64,000 nt of DNA from Octopus bimaculoides (taxonomy: Eukaryota), in assembly GCF_001194135.2 (NCBI RefSeq), contig NC_068983.1, positions 155,254,437-155,318,436 on the forward strand, given 5' to 3'. Of this stretch, positions 50,800 to 63,637 are shown piece after piece (position 1 is the stretch's first letter; each line of letters begins with the position of its first letter). The notes below the pieces were generated by a model. The model ran no database searches and was not told the DNA's origin. It worked only from the letters and a program-made list of their open reading frames with translations. A program made the position numbers and the translations under genes.

Positions 50800-51268
50800 C
50801 TCTCTCTTCCTCACTCTTCCTCCCTCGCTCACGTGGCTCCCACGTGACCATCGGCCATCTTTCTTCTCTTAACTTGTTTTTCTTTCTCTCCGTTGTAGCT
50901 GGATCAAAGAAGACGTGTTCTTGTCTGTCTCCTGTCCAAGCTTGATTTACCCGTTCGTTACCCCAACCTCGTTTAGGCTTAGCAGCCCTTCCTGTTTGTT
51001 TTCACTGTCCTACCAATTTTAACCCTCCACAAAATCCCAAATTTTATTTTATTTGCTTTGCGGGAGCAACTGTTTTATCGAAAGCGTATCTCGTTGTTAA
51101 ATGCTCGAAATACGAGAGTAGAAAAACAGCCAACAACTGATGAAGGGTGATTTTCTTTGTCTTGTTTTCCATGTGTGTCTTTCGTTGTTCGAAAAATATT
51201 TCATATTCCATGTACTCATACTTCGTAATTTTTGTTGTACACGTTTCGCGACGTCCTGTGCCCACACA

Positions 51269-51270
<2 letters not shown>
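50800..51270. repeat. Family H repeat, copy 2
   Basis: Same as 46480-46855 plus an internal segment of about 100 bp containing CTGATGAAGGG. Confidence 0.85.
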
Positions 51271-51303
<33 letters not shown>

Positions 51304-51459
51304 NNNNNNNNNNNNNNNNNNNNNNNNNNNNNNNNNNNNNNNNNNNNNNNNNNNNNNNNNNNNNNNNNNNNNNNNNNNNNNNNNNNNNNNNNNNNNNNNN
51401 NNNNNNNNNNNNNNNNNNNNNNNNNNNNNNNNNNNNNNNNNNNNNNNNNNNNNNNNNNN

Positions 51460-51535
<76 letters not shown>

Positions 51536-51679
51536 CGTATGACGATAGGGCTATAATTCAAGCTTTGTCCTCATGTTATATTTCATATAAGAATTGAACG
51601 TTGTGGAGAATACTGCAAAATACTGGTAAATACTTTTTGTAGAGTAATTACACATCAAAGCAAAAGTCTGTGCCTTCCT

Positions 51680-51875
51680 GTTTGTCCCTCACCATCGTTT
51701 GACCATCAGTGTTGGTATGTTTACGTCCTCGTAATTTAGCAGTTCGGAAAAATAAGATAGGTGGAATAAATACCAGGCCACAAAGAATACGTACTGCAGT
51801 CGATTCGTATGACTAAAACTCTTCAAAGCGGTGCGCCAGTGTGGCCGTAGTCCAATGCCTGAAACAAATAAAAGC
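51680..51875 (+). mobile_element. Family E 3' half
   Basis: GTTTACGTCCTCGTAATTTAGCAGTTCGG...CCAGTGTGGCCGTAGTCCAATGCCTGAAAC. Confidence 0.8.
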
Positions 51876-51989
51876 TGGAAGATATAAAAAAGATTCAAAT
51901 GAACTGGTTGTAATTTATTATATTTTTGTAGCTTCTGTATTTATATAAAGTTTTAGCGATAGAACTGATAAAATTTAGACCCAGTGTGT

Positions 51990-52830
51990 TAAATAGTGAT
52001 TGAGTAATAGAAGAGTAATAGTTTTTAATGTCTCCCTGTAACTACATATGAAATAATTTATGATAAGTGATTAAAATGAACTTATATTTACCTAAGAGTT
52101 GTTCTATAAGGTTAAGGGAGAAACCTCTAGTCTTAGGTAAGTTCTTATCTAAAGGTTGCTTACTTATTATATCTATATCAGATCTTGTCGACTTTATAAA
52201 TTTGACGAAAGGATTTTTCTGAAATTTGGCCTTATGATCTTTGAAAGTAAAATACAATTGTTTAAATCTAAGAGGTTCTGATCTAAAATTTGACACTAAA
52301 ATTTTTTGTGGTTTTCTTCATGTTTATCGAAGCTATTAACCATTTTAAATAGGATTTCCATGATGGGATGGCAATGTTTTTAGAAAAGATATTAGGATGA
52401 TTTTGCATTCGAGGACGACATTTTAAAGTGCTCAACTATTAAGAGATTCTAATTTATAGAACTCCATTAAGAAATCAAGAATTCAAAAGGCTGAAGTGCA
52501 TTCTACTTGCTGAGCATTAAAAATTCATTCAAAATATTTTTGATAAAATGTAGCTTCTTTCGGCTATCTTATAGCTTCTTCAAAAGGATATGAAAGAGAT
52601 TTATAGACCAATTTATATCTATTCTAATCTTTTAAAACCAAAAAAATCAATAAAACAGATATTAGCAAAGGGAGAGAAAAATATATAAGTGAAAATGGAA
52701 TATGATTGTAAGATAAATTGTATGAAAAATGTTTAAATTATAGAATTCCGTTATAAATAACGGTTATTAGTAATCAGTGAATCCAGTTATTGTTAAATTT
52801 AAATTTATGTCTGCGTAAATTTGAGCGGAA
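51990..52830 (-). pseudogene. Penelope-like element RT N-terminal remnant
   Basis: ORF 52042-52296 reads YFTFKDHKAKFQKNPFVKFIKSTRSDIDIISKQPLD. This matches the PLE motif FITLKDHKxxFxxxPxxRLINPxKSxIGxISKxILD. Confidence 0.85.
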
Positions 52831-52930
52831 GGAAGATAATCGCAACTAGGGTAAGGTCTAAGAAATTAGGAAATTATTTAAAATAAAATAATAAAATAAA
52901 GAGCTATACACATGTATGATGTATATATAC

Positions 52931-52966
<36 letters not shown>

Positions 52967-53409
52967 ATTCATACATGTATACACAGACATACGCATATGC
53001 ATACACATATATAAATAAGCTTTTATATTGGCACGAAACCAAGTTATACATACGCCGTCGCTAAGTTATGTAATTGAATAAAGTAAAATGGTCATAAATA
53101 GCTTAAAATTGTCAATAGAGTTAATAGTTATCATAAATGGTATGACAGAATAAAAAAAGGCGCAGTAAAAAGCATCATAAATAATTCTTAGTATGTGGAA
53201 GACGAAATAAGTGACTCTTTTATGAAATAACGAGGAAAACATCGAGAGGAAAGGATCTTCAAGATCTGAAATTAAAGTGAAACTTTGATCTATGCGTATT
53301 ATATCAACATCTATTTACGCTTAAAGACTAATTTTTATAAAATACTAACAATAGAGTTGTAATATCATATCTTTAATTTTTTTTTACTAGTTTCCTTCAT
53401 GTTCTCCCT

Positions 53410-53930
53410 ATAGAAGGCTCTTTGGTGTCACTCCTCTACCTTCCAGAAGACAAAGCTCCGCATCTGCAAAGCATCAACCCTCTTCATTCTCCTCTATGGA
53501 GAAGAAACGTGGTCCCTCTCAAAGACCCTGGCAAAGAGGATCGACGGCTTCGAAAGAAGAGCCCTGAGAACCATCGAGAACATCAGATGGTACCATTACG
53601 TTTCCAGCAAAGACCTACAGGCGTGTACGCATCAGCCCGTAGCCTCCCACCTCATTGCTATCCGTCTCATGAGCTGGTAAGTACAGGTCCTTCGTCTCCC
53701 GCTAGATAATCCTACAAGGGCTTTACTCTTATTCGGCGCAGCAGCTACAGGCTAGAAGAGGCCTCGTTGCAGGTCCCTCACCAGATGACTTGACGTGACT
53801 GGGGAAGTTCTCTAGAGGCTCGACGCCACCTTGAAAGATGCAGAGAGGCTGGTACGGGACCGCCAGCGTTGGCGAGCACTGGTGAGCTTGGTCAGCTCTA
53901 CGCAGGATGACGTCCCTGGGATGACCAACA
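53410..53930 (+). pseudogene. 5'-truncated RTE-clade LINE 3' end
   Basis: A single frame with in-frame stops: TKLRICKASTLFILLYGEETWSL...IDGFERRALRTIENIRW...KRPRCRSLTR*...RDRQRWRALV. It is GC-rich relative to its flanks. Confidence 0.9.
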
Positions 53931-53959
53931 CGCAAGAACATGAAGCAAGCAAATTTATT

Positions 53960-54124
53960 TGATTGCGACCATGCTGGGACACCACATTAAAGAATTTAGT
54001 CAAACAAATCAACTCTAGTACTTATTTTAAGTCTCCCTTCTTTCTTTCGATCTATTTCTGCCGAACCGCAAAAGTTACGGGGATGAAAACAAACTAACAT
54101 CGGTTGTCAAACAGTGGTTGGGGA

Positions 54125-54183
<59 letters not shown>

Positions 54184-54373
54184 ACACACAACGCGCACGC
54201 ACGCACGCACACATACACACACATGACGGACTTCTTTCAGTTTCTGTCTACCAAATCCACTCACAAGGCTTTGGTCGGCTGGTGCTTCTAGTCGAAGACA
54301 TTCATCCAAGGTACTACGCAGTGGGACTGAGCCCAGAACCATGTGGTGGGGAAGCAAACTTTTCACCACACAG
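53960..54373 (-). mobile_element. Family E SINE with (CA)n expansion
   Basis: Colinear with 12534-12920; the head runs into a gap. Confidence 0.85.
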
Positions 54374-55637
54374 NNNNNNNNNNNNNNNNNNNNNNNNNNN
54401 NNNNNNNNNNNNNNNNNNNNNNNNNNNNNNNNNNNNNNNNNNNNNNNNNNNNNNNNNNNNNNNNNNNNNNNNNNNNNNNNNNNNNNNNNNNNNNNNNNNN
54501 NNNNNNNNNNNNNNNNNNNNNNNNNNNNNNNNNNNNNNNNNNNNNNNNNNNNNNNNNNNNNNNNNNNNNNNNNNNNNNNNNNNNNNNNNNNNNNNNNNNN
54601 NNNNNNNNNNNNNNNNNNNNNNNNNNNNNNNNNNNNNNNNNNNNNNNNNNNNNNNNNNNNNNNNNNNNNNNNNNNNNNNNNNGAAGAAAATATTAGTCCT
54701 GAACTGGAATATATTATTATCTTGCTCTTTTTTCTTTTAATATAAATCTTCCTTTGATTCGAGAATAAGCTGAGATTATACCTGGCCTGAATGAGGATAG
54801 GGTCACCAGATCATTAAAATACCCAAGACACACCCTATGCCATGATGGGTGCAACTAAAATGTCATCAAAAGTTGTGGACTGCGGCGTGGCATGACAGCA
54901 ACAGAATGTACATTGACTCAGGTATAACTGTAAAATTTCTTTTTTTAAAAAAAACTACATACAAATAGATGACTTGTCATTCAGCTAAAACACCTTCTGG
55001 TTCACTACATTAGAATGCTGTGATGCTATGACAATCATTGAAAGTGAATAATAGATTATTTCTACGAAGCAGCACACGTCGTAATCTATTATATGCAGCA
55101 AAACATACTTAGTTTTGGTGTGAAAACTTTCTTTTTCTCTTTTCTTTTTTGGTTTCTTTTCTTTTCTTTTTTGTTTTTGTCAAAATTCAATTTAAAGATT
55201 ACACATGATTAGGAACTAGACAGTTGCGATATGGTGTCTCCTGTGACTGTCTATAAACTAGATATAGCTATCATGTGTTCTCTGCATTTATCGTATAACT
55301 ATATAAACATTACATTATGTATAGAATGTTGTGATCCTTTGATAACCCAAAGCAATCTTCACAGCGAGATTAATTAACTTTATATATACAATATACCGCC
55401 TCGTATGGTATGTGTCAGAAGGAATAATAGCACATACATACATACATACATACATACATACATACCTACATACCTACATACATACATACATACATGCATA
55501 CATGCTTACATACATACATACATACATATATGCATACATACATACATACATACATGTATATATACATGAATGTTTATACATATCACACTCATTTACATAA
55601 ATATGTGTGCATGTGTGCGTGTGTGTGTGTGTGCGAG

Positions 55638-55714
<77 letters not shown>

Positions 55715-55786
55715 ATGTTTGTATGTGTGTAAGAGAAAGAAAGAGGAAGAGAAAGTTTTAAAATTTTCTCGTATTTCTTCTACTCA

Positions 55787-55850
<64 letters not shown>

Positions 55851-55867
55851 GTTATTATTGTTATTAT

Positions 55868-56095
55868 AGACAGAATCGCTAGAACGCCGGGCGANNNNNN
55901 NNNNNNNNNNNNNNNNNNNNNNNNNNNNNNNNNNNNNTCGCCCGTCGCTACGTTCTCAGTTCAAATTCTGCCGAGGTCGACTTTGCCTTTCATCCTTTCG
56001 GGGTCGATTAAATAAGTACCAGTTACGCACTGGGGTCGATAAAATCGACCAGCCCTCTTCTAAAAATTTCAAAGCCTTGTGCCTAGAGCAGAAAT
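55868..56095 (+). mobile_element. Young family C (Nin/Deu-domain) SINE
   Basis: CpG-intact GAGGTCGACTTTGCCTTTCATCCTTTCGGGGTCGATTAAATAAGTACCAG, flanked by (ATT)n. Confidence 0.9.
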
Positions 56096-56135
56096 ATTAA
56101 CAACAACAACAACAATTATTATTATTATTATTATT

Positions 56136-56515
56136 CAGTAGTTTTATTTTTATAACGTGCTTTCACTTCACTACCGAGCGCAGCTCTGTGCGCCTTGGGT
56201 ATGTGCTGTGGTTTGCTGTGGTGCTCTTATGTTTACTGTATTGAAAGTGTTTTGCGTAGAATGTGTGCAGTACCCAGTAGTGCAATTTTCTGTATGTTAT
56301 ATATATTTGTAAGTCCTGGTGTTTTTGTTATGTATTTGTCTGAATATTTTTTTATTATACCTAAGGCACCTACTATGATAGGAATTGTTTCTGTTTTTAG
56401 ATTCCACATTCGAGTTATCTCTATTTCCAGGTCTTTGTATTTTGAAAGTTTTTCCATTTCTTTTAGAGAAACGTTGTCATCTGCTGGTATTGAAACATCA
56501 ATTAATTAGAAGGCA

Positions 56516-56520
<5 letters not shown>
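56136..56520 (-). mobile_element. Young 5'-truncated R4/Dong-like LINE 3' end (RLE endonuclease C-terminus plus 3'UTR)
   Basis: The minus frame reads IDVSIPADDNVSLKEMEKLSKYKDLEIEITRMWNLKTETIPIIVGALG...GTAHILRKTLSIQ*. It ends in (AAT)n and is embedded in (TAA)n on both sides. Confidence 0.9.
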
Positions 56521-56546
<26 letters not shown>

Positions 56547-56564
56547 CTTTCTGTATAAATACTA

Positions 56565-59225
56565 ATGGTTGGCAGAATCACTGTAACACGAAAGAAACTA
56601 ACTTTCAGTCGCTAGCTACGCCTGTGTGAATGTTCAGTTTAGCTTTCATCCTTCCGATGTCGTTGAAATAAGTAGCAGTGAAAGTCTGTGGGGTCAGCAT
56701 CTTCCCCACTGTTCTTCCGACCGTTAAATCTGTGGTCAAAGCGGCGAATCACACTGTGTAACACGATTTTTGCCCTTGGGTAGCAACTATTATTTTCCTA
56801 TTTGCTTTTCCCTCTAGAAAGTATGAAAAGTAGCTAATATTTCCTTCAAAATTAGCTTTTGTTATATTTATTCAGATCCCAAAGAATATCTCTCAACGCA
56901 TGGTCATGATGCTCCCTTATTACTCCTACTTATTATCAGAGATGCTTATGCTGTCAGTCACTAAGGGACATGCTCAAGTGGTTTAGGTCAAGCAAGTGAC
57001 AAGCAAATATGTAATACTGAGCAGAATATTTACTACAACGATATTTCTGCTTCAGCAACTCAGTGCTGAATCTGTCTGAAATGTAATGGAAAATAAAAAT
57101 AGGTCAGCTTAAAATCATTGATGTCCAGGTTACAAATGCAAAGTTTGAAGGGAATAGTAATCATTTCCTTTGATTTCTAGATAGAAGCAAATAGAATATA
57201 ACGCCTACTGACCAAAGACAATAAGTAAATAAATAAATAAATAAATAAATTTTGGTACACAGAGTTATTGAAGAGCGTTGGTTTGGTAGAAACGTTGGTA
57301 GAATCGTTAGAGCACTGGGCAGAATGCAATATAAATTGCAGCTCTTTACTTTCTAAATTCAAAATTTTTCTGAGAACACCATTGCTTTTCATCATTCTGG
57401 TGTCAACAAAATTAAGCACTAGTAATATACTGAGGTCAATGTAATAAACTATGCACACCCTCACAAATATCTGGTCTTGTGTCTATACAAGAAATTATTT
57501 TTAAAGAATGGTTAATAGAAGAGATGGCAACACGTCAGACACTTCCACTCTGAGTGACGTACTTTTGTACCTTCTTAGATTGATGAAGTAAATAATACTG
57601 AAGTATTTAGCTCAGTGTATTTGACTATACACTCAAAACTCTGTCCCAGGATGGCCAGAAGCCAATGAATGGAACCAGTAAAATTACAGAATAACTGTTT
57701 CCATTAAAGAGTGTGAATTTGTACTACACCATTAATTACGCCACCTCTGTGTTTCCGAGGTGTATGCTGTATTTTGCTTTAGCAAAATGGAAGTGCCAGT
57801 GTATTATAAGTCTGTTTTGTTCTTTCTTATTTAACGTTGGTAATTTTAGTGTTGATCTTGTTTGCTAAGAAATCCTTTTACGATTGAGAACTGACTGTGT
57901 AGAATGCGAATTGTGAGAGTTGTCTAAACAATTGGAATTGTGTTGTTAAATTGTTTGTTGTACTTAGTGCGTCTATGTTTTTAGCTTTTACATTTCATTT
58001 TAAATGTTCAGTTCAATTAACGTCTAATTTATTATCGTTTAAGATTCAAATTTATCAATAATGTGGCTAGTAGTATATCAAGAAGGGAGAAATTACTTTT
58101 TCACACAACAAAAGTAGTTGGTTCTATTGGTGCTTCTTGCTAAAATGTAAAGGAAACAGAAATTTACTTTGTCAGAAATTACTTTCTCCATTACATCGTC
58201 TATCATCTTTGTCAAAGTATTTTCCCAGCTTTGAGCTGGACTGAAACGGGCAATTTATTTCGGAATTGAAGCAAAATATATATATATTAGATGAGGCGGA
58301 GTAGAGAAAAAAAATTATGTAGTGTATAGTGAATATGCATAGGATAAAATTGATTTCTTACACAGACAGGCTAAAGTCTTGTAGCGACGAGGTCAGAGAC
58401 AAATTTATAATACTACATTATTACTGTTACTCTTTATAAGCTCCTCAACGATGAAGAACAAAGATCAGCATAAAGTATTGAGATGAGTATTAACTTGGTC
58501 ATCTAAACAGCCTCGAACTTGATAAATGATTTACAGTAATTGAAACGTAAGAAAATTATCATTAAATTACTAAATTCAGCAGTCTGCAAAGGATGTGTCC
58601 TCACTACATGACGAATTAACAGAAGCGTCAAGTAGAATTCTTTTTGGTATTAGTTCCGGATTTCCTTACATTGAGCTCAAATCCCACTGGAACTAATTTT
58701 GCCTTTTGTCTTTTCAGAGTAGGTCAGTTCACTGCCGGAATAGTCTCCTCTTTCTCTTCTTCTTTCTTGCATTCGCCAGAAGAAATGAGCTGTGATTTGA
58801 ACTAAAGAGACATGTGGCGCCAGCTGGTTTATAAATGCTCCAGACATGTCGTTTATCACGATGGCTTCACTACAACTCCATCAAGAACTGAGAACATAAG
58901 AAAAGAAAGGAAAAAATAATTGGATGCTCCTACCACAACAATTTTCAATATTTGTACCCCCCACTTCCGCACTTACCAATACGTGCAACAATACTGAAAA
59001 ATTCTTCTGTATGTGCCCACGCATCACACCATTTTTCATTATGTACTCTACCTAATGGCATTTCGTCTTTCCTTACGTTCTGCGTTCAAATCCCGTCGAG
59101 GTCAGCTTTGTCTTTCATCCTTTCGGGGTCGATAAAATAAGTAACAGTTGAGTTCCGGAGTCGATGTAATCGACTGTCCCCTTCCCCCAAATTTCAGACC
59201 TTATGCCTATAGTTGAAAAGATTAT
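56565..59225 (+). mobile_element. Further family C copies (about 56565-56700, 57270-57500, 58600-58740, 59045-59225)
   Basis: Each contains a recognisable CTTTCATCCTT..GG.GTC...AATAAGTA or TCAAAT B-box segment. They are dispersed, not contiguous. Confidence 0.65.
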
Positions 59226-60036
59226 GTACTCTATCTTCAAACTGTCTTCAAACTCCTCAATGTGTACTGTCAACATTACACCACTTTCAATTTGCACCCC
59301 GAACACTATGAGCTAAGTTCTACCCTTTATTCGTCCAAACATTATTAAGGCCGATTCAAATGACTATATCATCCATCCTTAAAAATGTGCAACATTGTAC
59401 GAATGTCGCACAATGTGAGAAACCAACAGATGTTGTTGATCTTGTCATTGCTAGGCCCCCAAGTCAGCACTTTTCTAGCAGATTTTGATGAAAGTCGTTC
59501 TAGGAGGGACCGTCCCGTATTTTCCTTTGTGTACTGAATCCAAGACCGCACTCAAATAACTACCATTAGGTAGTCATCTGAGTGAGATTTAACTACTATT
59601 TCTAGTTTGTTGAGTAACCACATACAGAGGTAGTTTATTTTATTTTACTTGTAATTCAACGCAGTATACCGTAGCTATTGCTGTTGCTTAACCCTAGGCC
59701 AGTCCTGATCGAGGAGACCTATGATCAAAATGATTTATATCAGTCATACAGTACAGTATAATTTCGTCCTTTTCACCATCGTGCATGTTTTTTGCAATAC
59801 AATTCCATAGCCTCTTCTATCAACGTCACCTAAACGTTCTTTTATTTCAATCACCAATTATCTCTACATGTCTAATTACTAATTAAGATTACAACGAACA
59901 CCTTCAAAAATGAAATCTTCTCACTATTCTTCTATTCTCCTCCACTTTCCATCTTCCGCACAAATTTGCGTTTTGTTATGTATTGTATTTTATTCTAAAT
60001 TATTCTAAATTATCATTATTATTATTATTATTATTA

Positions 60037-60071
<35 letters not shown>

Positions 60072-61549
60072 ATTATTATTGTTGTTGTTATTGTTGTTTT
60101 TACATTTTAATTATACCCTTGCTGCTATTCAATTTCGTTAAATTATAATTGCAATTGCTGCTATTGAATGAAATTCGGAAATATTACGTAATTATTGCAA
60201 CTTAAAGTTGTACTCAATATCAGTGCTTTTGTATTTTGGCTAAACTTCAATATCCTGTTATTATAAAGTTTAAAGTTTTCAATTTAATTTTTTTTTTTTC
60301 AATTTCGACAGGTTATTTCTTTTTGATTGCGTTTCTAATTTTATGTCTCGGCATTAAAATAAAAAGTCCAGAAGAACTATAATGTTTTCATAAGCCCCAA
60401 ATCAAAAAGCGAATANNNNNNNNNNNNNNNNNNNNNNNNNNNNNNNNNNNNNNNNNNNNNNNNNNNNNNNNNNNNNNNNNNNNNNNNNNNNNNNNNNNNN
60501 NNNNNNNNNNNNNNNNNNNNNNNNNNNNNNNNNNNNNNNNNNNNNNNNNNNNNNNNNNNNNNNNNNNNNNNNNNNNNNNNNNNNNNNNNNNNNNNNNNNN
60601 NNNNNNNNNNNNNNNNNNNNNNNNNNNNNNNNNNNNNNNNNNNNNNNNNNNNNNNNNNNNNNNNNNNNNNNNNNNNNNNNNNNNNNNNNNNNNNNNNNNN
60701 NNNNNNNNNNNNNNNNNNNNNNNNNNNNNNNNNNNNNNNNNNNNNNNNNNNNNNNNNNNNNNNNNNNNNNNNNNNNNNNNNNNNNNNNNNNNNNNNNNNN
60801 NNNNNNNNNNNNNNNNNNNNNNNNNNNNNNNNNNNNNNNNNNNNNNNNNNNNNNNNNNNNNNNNNNNNNNNNNNNNNNNNNNNNNNNNNNNNNNNNNNNN
60901 NNNNNNNNNNNNNNNNNNNNNNNNNNNNNNNNNNNNNNNNNNNNNNNNNNNNNNNNNNNNNNNNNNNNNNNNNNNNNNNNNNNNNNNNNNNNNNNNNNNN
61001 NNNNNNNNNNNNNNNNNNNNNNNNNNNNNNNNNNNNNNNNNNNNNNNNNNNNNNNNNNNNNNNNNNNNNNNNNNNNNNNNNNNNNNNNNNNNNNNNNNNN
61101 NNNNNNNNNNNNNNNNNNNNNNNNNNNNNNNNNNNNNNTGTGTGTGTGTGTGTGTTTGTGTGGAATTAAACGCAGGTGTTATTCAAATTTTTTTACTTCT
61201 GACATGTTTCAAAGAAAACATTGGTATTATTCCAGAAGGAATAAAATGTTGTAAAACAATGCAATCTTCTCATCAGGAAAGACAGAAACCAAACACATCA
61301 ATAAGACATTTTAACAGAATATGATGACTGTGTATATGATGACGGGAACGCTAGCAATTTTTTTTTAATACCGTTAGTAGATTTAACGTAAAAGGTAGTT
61401 TATAGAAAGAGAAGGAGGAGAAAGAAAGAAATTTGCAGAAAACTAATAGTGGAGAGATATAGAGCGATAGGTGAATAGGAATGAAGCTTAAAGACTTAGA
61501 AGTAGATATATTTAGTGGAAGTGAAATGTAAGAAGACAGTCATATATAT

Positions 61550-61689
<140 letters not shown>

Positions 61690-61721
61690 GGGGAGAGATA
61701 GATAGATATCTACATGCGTGT

Positions 61722-61945
61722 GTCTTTGTGTTTGTGTTTGCTCCTCTCCCTCTCCACCGCTTGGCAACCGATGTTGGTGCGTTTATGCCCCCGAAACTTA
61801 GTGGATCGGTAAAAGATACAGATAGAATAAGTATCAGTCTTAGAAAAAATAAGTACTGGGGTCGATTCATTTAGCTAGAATTTCTTCAGGGTGGTGCCCC
61901 AGTATGACCACAGTCTAATGACTGAAAGAAGTGAAAAACAAAACG
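61722..61945 (+). mobile_element. Family E 3' half
   Basis: GCAACCGATGTTGGTGCG...AATAAGTACTGGGGTCGATTC...CCACAGTCTAATGACTGAAA. Confidence 0.85.
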
Positions 61946-62530
61946 ATAAATGATCCTGATACTACCATGCACAGCTTTGGCAATAGTATTGTGTTTTCTT
62001 TAGTACAGTCTTTAACGAGCTATAATTATACCCGGCTACAATGGCAGGGTTGGTGAGCTAAAACTGGGTAGCATGGACTTCAGCCTTGTTTTCTGGTCTT
62101 TACTAAAAAAATTGGTAACCACATGGTAAGTGTCATGTTCAAAAATAATAATGCTTTGACCTCATCATCAAAGGATTTGGTGACATTTTCATGGTATTTA
62201 CACACTGTAAGAAGGAAATGCAAGAAAAATGAGTAATTAAAAACCTGCATATTAAAACCTGCACGATTTTTTGAAATAGTAATGTCTTTTAGAAATGCAT
62301 GCAACATGAATCTTCTCTTCTTCACATATGCATATCTTATCAAGTATAATTCCTTATTAAAATCATGTAAACAAATGCAAAGAATTAAGATATTAAGATC
62401 TACATATATATTCGTAGAAATACATGCTTAGGTACTTATCCTGTCCTAATAAGTATATGTGCAATAAGAATATACATAAAATGTTCATATTCACATCACA
62501 TAAATGTGTATGTATGTGTGTGTGTGTGTA

Positions 62531-62756
62531 TACGAGGAGGTGCTGAAAATTTCCTGGCTTTAAGGGTGTCATGAAAAGCCTGGTGGGAGGGCCCAATTTT
62601 CAGAGTTCTTTTACATGGTTTACAAAAACTGAAGGACTCTTACAATAAATAAGTGTGTGAATCTAAGAGGGGAATATATTGAAGAAAATCACAATTAACT
62701 GATCCTCCTGTATTTTCTTTCACCCAAAGTCAGAAACTTTTCAGTACACCTCTCGT

Positions 62757-62757
<1 letters not shown>
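62531..62757 (+). mobile_element. Internally deleted mariner (MITE, about 225 bp)
   Basis: TIRs TACGAGGAGGTGCTGAAAATTTCCTGGC / GTCAGAAACTTTTCAGTACACCTCTCGTG. The internal NKCVNLRGEYIE matches a mariner transposase C-terminus. Inserted in a TG/CA microsatellite. Confidence 0.8.
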
Positions 62758-62812
<55 letters not shown>

Positions 62813-63279
62813 NNNNNNNNNNNNNNNNNNNNNNNNNNNNNNNNNNNNNNNNNNNNNNNNNNNNNNNNNNNNNNNNNNNNNNNNNNNNNNNNNNNNNNNN
62901 NNNNNNNNNNNNNNNNNNNNNNNNNNNNNNNNNNNNNNNNNNNNNNNNNNNNNNNNNNNNNNNNNNNNNNNNNNNNNNNNNNNNNNNNNNNNNNNNNNNN
63001 NNNNNNNNNNNNNNNNNNNNNNNNNNNNNNNNNNNNNNNNNNNNNNNNNNNNNNNNNNNNNNNNNNNNNNNNNNNNNNNNNNNNNNNNNNNNNNNNNNNN
63101 NNNNNNNNNNNNNNNNNNNNNNNNNNNNNNNNNNNNNNNNNNNNNNNNNNNNNNNNNNNNNNNNNNNNNNNNNNNNNNNNNNNNNNNNNNNNNNNNNNNN
63201 NNNNNNNNNNNNNNNNNNNNNNNNNNNNNNNNNNNNNNNNNNNNNNNNNNNNNNNNNNNNNNNNNNNNNNNNNNNNNNN

Positions 63280-63428
63280 TATCGACCACAGTACTTATTT
63301 TTTTTAAAGCTAGGTATTTATTCTATCGGTCTCTTTTCCCGAACCGCTACATTATGGGGACATAAACACACCAGCACCGGTTGTCAAGTAGTCTGTGTGA
63401 TGGGGATAAACACAGACATACACACTAT

Positions 63429-63476
<48 letters not shown>

Positions 63477-63637
63477 GAACACAAATATACCACGGACTTC
63501 TTTCAGTTTCCGTCTAACATATCCCGGCGCAAGGCGTTGATTGAAGACACTCGCTCAATGTGACATACAGTAGGACTGAACCCCGAACCATTTTATCAGT
63601 AAACAAGCTTCTTACCAACCACCCATACCTGCACCTA
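63280..63637 (-). mobile_element. Family E SINE
   Basis: Colinear with 12534-12920. Confidence 0.85.

Noticed and set aside
51125-51205. CTGATGA...GAAA-AATATT-TC in repeat H as a hammerhead
   Set aside because: The core words are present, but the 47-nt intervening segment does not form stem II, stem I starts with an A-A mismatch, and copy 1 lacks the core.
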